NCBI GenBank assembly: GCA_002245135.1
Contig: NGBS01000318.1
Location: 62,001-89,469 of the forward strand
DNA from: Proteromonas lacertae
Lineage: Eukaryota
DNA length: 27,469 bases
Direction: 5' to 3'
Below are positions 25,336 through 27,469 of this stretch, one piece after another. The notes beneath the pieces are model-generated. The model was not told the origin of the DNA. It saw nothing but the letters and a program-made list of their open reading frames with translations, and searched no databases. Made by a program: the position numbers and the translations under genes. Each line of letters opens with the position of its first letter. Position 1 is the stretch's first letter.

Positions 25336-27469
25336 TTACACCCTAACCTTTTCTCCATTTTTATTTCCACTTTTATCTTTATTACTGGATGGAAGAATTA
25401 TTCTCTCATTAGATGATGGTAGAATTACCTTTTCTTTGGTTGATGGTGGAAGTGTTACTCTTTCTTTGATTATTCAAAATCATCAATCACATTAGGATTA
25501 TTATTATTGTTCATATTCACATTAGTCATTTCTACTTCACACTCATTATTATCACTTTTCTTTTTATTAATATTTCCATTTGTTCTGTTCACACTTTTTC
25601 GATTTATAAATAGACATACAATTATAATAAATGAGATTAATAATATACATCCAACTGCTATTAATAATATTAAATATAGATTATTGTTTTCTTTCTTATC
25701 TTTTTCAGAAGATGATGAATCATCTATTTCTGTTATTATTTCTATAAAACAATTACATAAATCTGAATTATTATCACATTGATTCTTTATTTCTTTTTCT
25801 AATTCATTATAATTTTGAGATAAATATTTAATTATTGATTTTGTTGAATTATATTCATTTTCTGTTACAGTTAATGTTGCTTTTAAATTGAATTCTGATA
25901 AGATTCTCATTCTTCTTTTCACTATTTCAATAACTATTTGTGAACTTGGAATTATTAATCCATGTTGTTCTAATACTTTATCTAAGGATTGTTGAATTAT
26001 AAACAAATCATTTACTATTAAAGAAGCAACTTTCATAAAAATATAAAAGAATAAATCAATCATTTTGTTAGGTGGATTAATATTTGTTATGTCAACATCA
26101 GTATTAGTAATGGTAGGTATGTTGCTTGTTGCCGGATTAACAGAAGTCGGAATATCTTTAGTTGGTATAATAGTTGACGGATATTGAGTAGTTGGTATTT
26201 GGGTTGTTGGTGTATCAGTATCAGGTTTAGCAGTGGTAGGTTTGATAGTTGTTGGTTTGATAGTAGTTGGTTTAACTGTCGTTGGCATAATAGTGGTTGG
26301 TTTTATTGTAGATGGTGATTCTGTTGTGGGAGTAAAATGTGGTTGTATTTCAAAAACTATTTTAGAATAGTATTTGGTAGAATCTTTTGAAGCTGTTATC
26401 TTATAATTTCGTTCTTTATTTTCTTCCATCAATCTTCCTGATATTTCACCTGTCGTTTCAGATATTGATATACCATTTGGCAATGATGGTTCGATTGAAA
26501 ATTTAAATCCATCTAATACTACATTCTTATTTAATATTGTATTTGATAGCTTATCATTTACATTATAAACATTCACAAATCGATGAATAGATAAATGGAA
26601 ATGGTTGATTTGTAAAGAACCAATTATTTGGAATTGATATATATAATCCGTATCCAGTACTATCATATAGAAATTCTAGTTCTTTTTATATTATCATTTT
26701 CACTTTTCTTATACACCATTCTCAATCTATACAACTGCTTTAATAATCTTATATTCTTGTCTATTTGATGATTTCCAAATCCTTTTCCTTCTATTAATAT
26801 TGAACCAATTTCTACTCGACAGTAATCATAGCATTTTATTCTCAATCTATAGTATTCACTTTTATCTATATATATATATCCTACATAATCAAACTACAAA
26901 AGAATTAGTCATTGTTGATGGTAATCCATTCCACATTTCTTCATTCTTTGAATGAAATATTGAAGATTCTTCAACTCTCTCCAATATCAATTTTGAGTCA
27001 ACTATAGATTCTGGATCTTCAATAAATCAACATTCACTTTTTGCTCACATTATAATATTTTACTAATAAACCATTAATTTTGTTTCTAGTCTCATTCTCA
27101 TTATAACAGATTATTTGAATATGAGTTTTACTTATATCAATTTCACTTCTAGATTGGATTTCGATTGATTTGAATTCATTGTCACAATGTGTTGGATATC
27201 CACACAAAACTCCATCTAATCTAATATTCAAACCAGATATCGATGGAGTCATTATCCATTTTGATGGATATCCTTCATAAGAAGGTGCTATTTTTTGCTC
27301 ACTCCTTCTTCATATACTATTGTATCAACTCCATATGATAAATGAGTCAATAAGAATCCACCATTATACATAATTGCATTTATATTAGATTTTATACCAC
27401 TTGGATTAGTATAATAAGCATTAAAACCATTCTCACCTGTTCCACCAAAAGATAAATATCCAACTATAT
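25336..27469 (-). CDS. 3' part of a type-I membrane surface protein (Ig-like + PA14-like + Ig-like, PT-rich stalk, TM, short tail) with about 6 frame disruptions; may be a pseudogene
   Basis: Ig-like (He_PIG-type) FSIEPSLPNGISISETTGEISG and GLNIRLDGVLCGYPT. PA14-like NGLLVKYY...WNGLP...NSFVVDYVGYIYIDKSEYYRLRIKCYDYCRVEI...IPNNWF. PTTxK pentapeptides, TM LYLILLIAVGCILLISFIIIVCLFI, and a frame-corrected tail ending ...GEKVRV* at 25338-25336. The 5' end lies outside the window. Confidence 0.7.
26110..26335 (-). repeat. Degenerate 15-nt / 5-aa Pro-Thr (mucin-like) repeat stalk
   Basis: PTTES PSTIK PTTIM PTTVK PTTIK PTTIK PTTAK PDTDT PTTQI PTTQY PSTII PTKDI PTSVN. Boundaries are approximate. Confidence 0.85.

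Noticed and set aside
25251..25348. Telomere-like TAACCC/CCCTAA hexamers
   Set aside because: These are isolated single copies, and one lies within the coding tail of the minus-strand gene.
27027..27029. In-frame TGA after Cys as possible selenocysteine
   Set aside because: It lies in a heavily disrupted stretch that two missing homopolymer bases can also explain. No SECIS or selenoprotein context is evident.
498..27469. Alternative genetic code (stop-codon reassignment)
   Set aside because: Internal stops are explained by introns or require a frame change rather than read-through. Genes end at TAA or TAG, and Trp is TGG.

Overview
This is very AT-rich eukaryotic DNA with intergenic gaps of only about 100-420 nt and many tiny introns. 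I assembled 36 GT-AG introns of 25-43 nt by hand; all start GTAT. Tiny introns plus a TGTTTGTT motif downstream of two stop codons point to a Blastocystis-like stramenopile (inference). Gene order: the 5' end of an unknown S/P/N-rich gene (-, 1-366); a ~2,520-aa Piezo channel with an internal FN3 domain and a possible PH-like domain (-, 498-8567); three tandem sideroflexins (+); Mon1/SAND (+); a ~3,417-aa acidic protein built from near-identical A/B/C modules (+); and the 3' part of a type-I surface protein with PA14-like, Ig-like and PT-rich regions (-). Main oddities: (1) About 11 frame disruptions, mostly +1, in four otherwise intact genes, many at or next to a stop codon. The 10-kb repeat gene has none. 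Long-read consensus error is the default explanation; stop-associated frameshifting or editing needs testing. (2) A 51-nt AT-AA intron in Mon1 with U12-type signals. (3) An invariant +4T donor that mostly lacks +5G. (4) Patchy gene conversion between sideroflexins 1 and 2. (5) A recurrent CAAGCTT element upstream of start codons. All splice models were made by eye, without RNA data.
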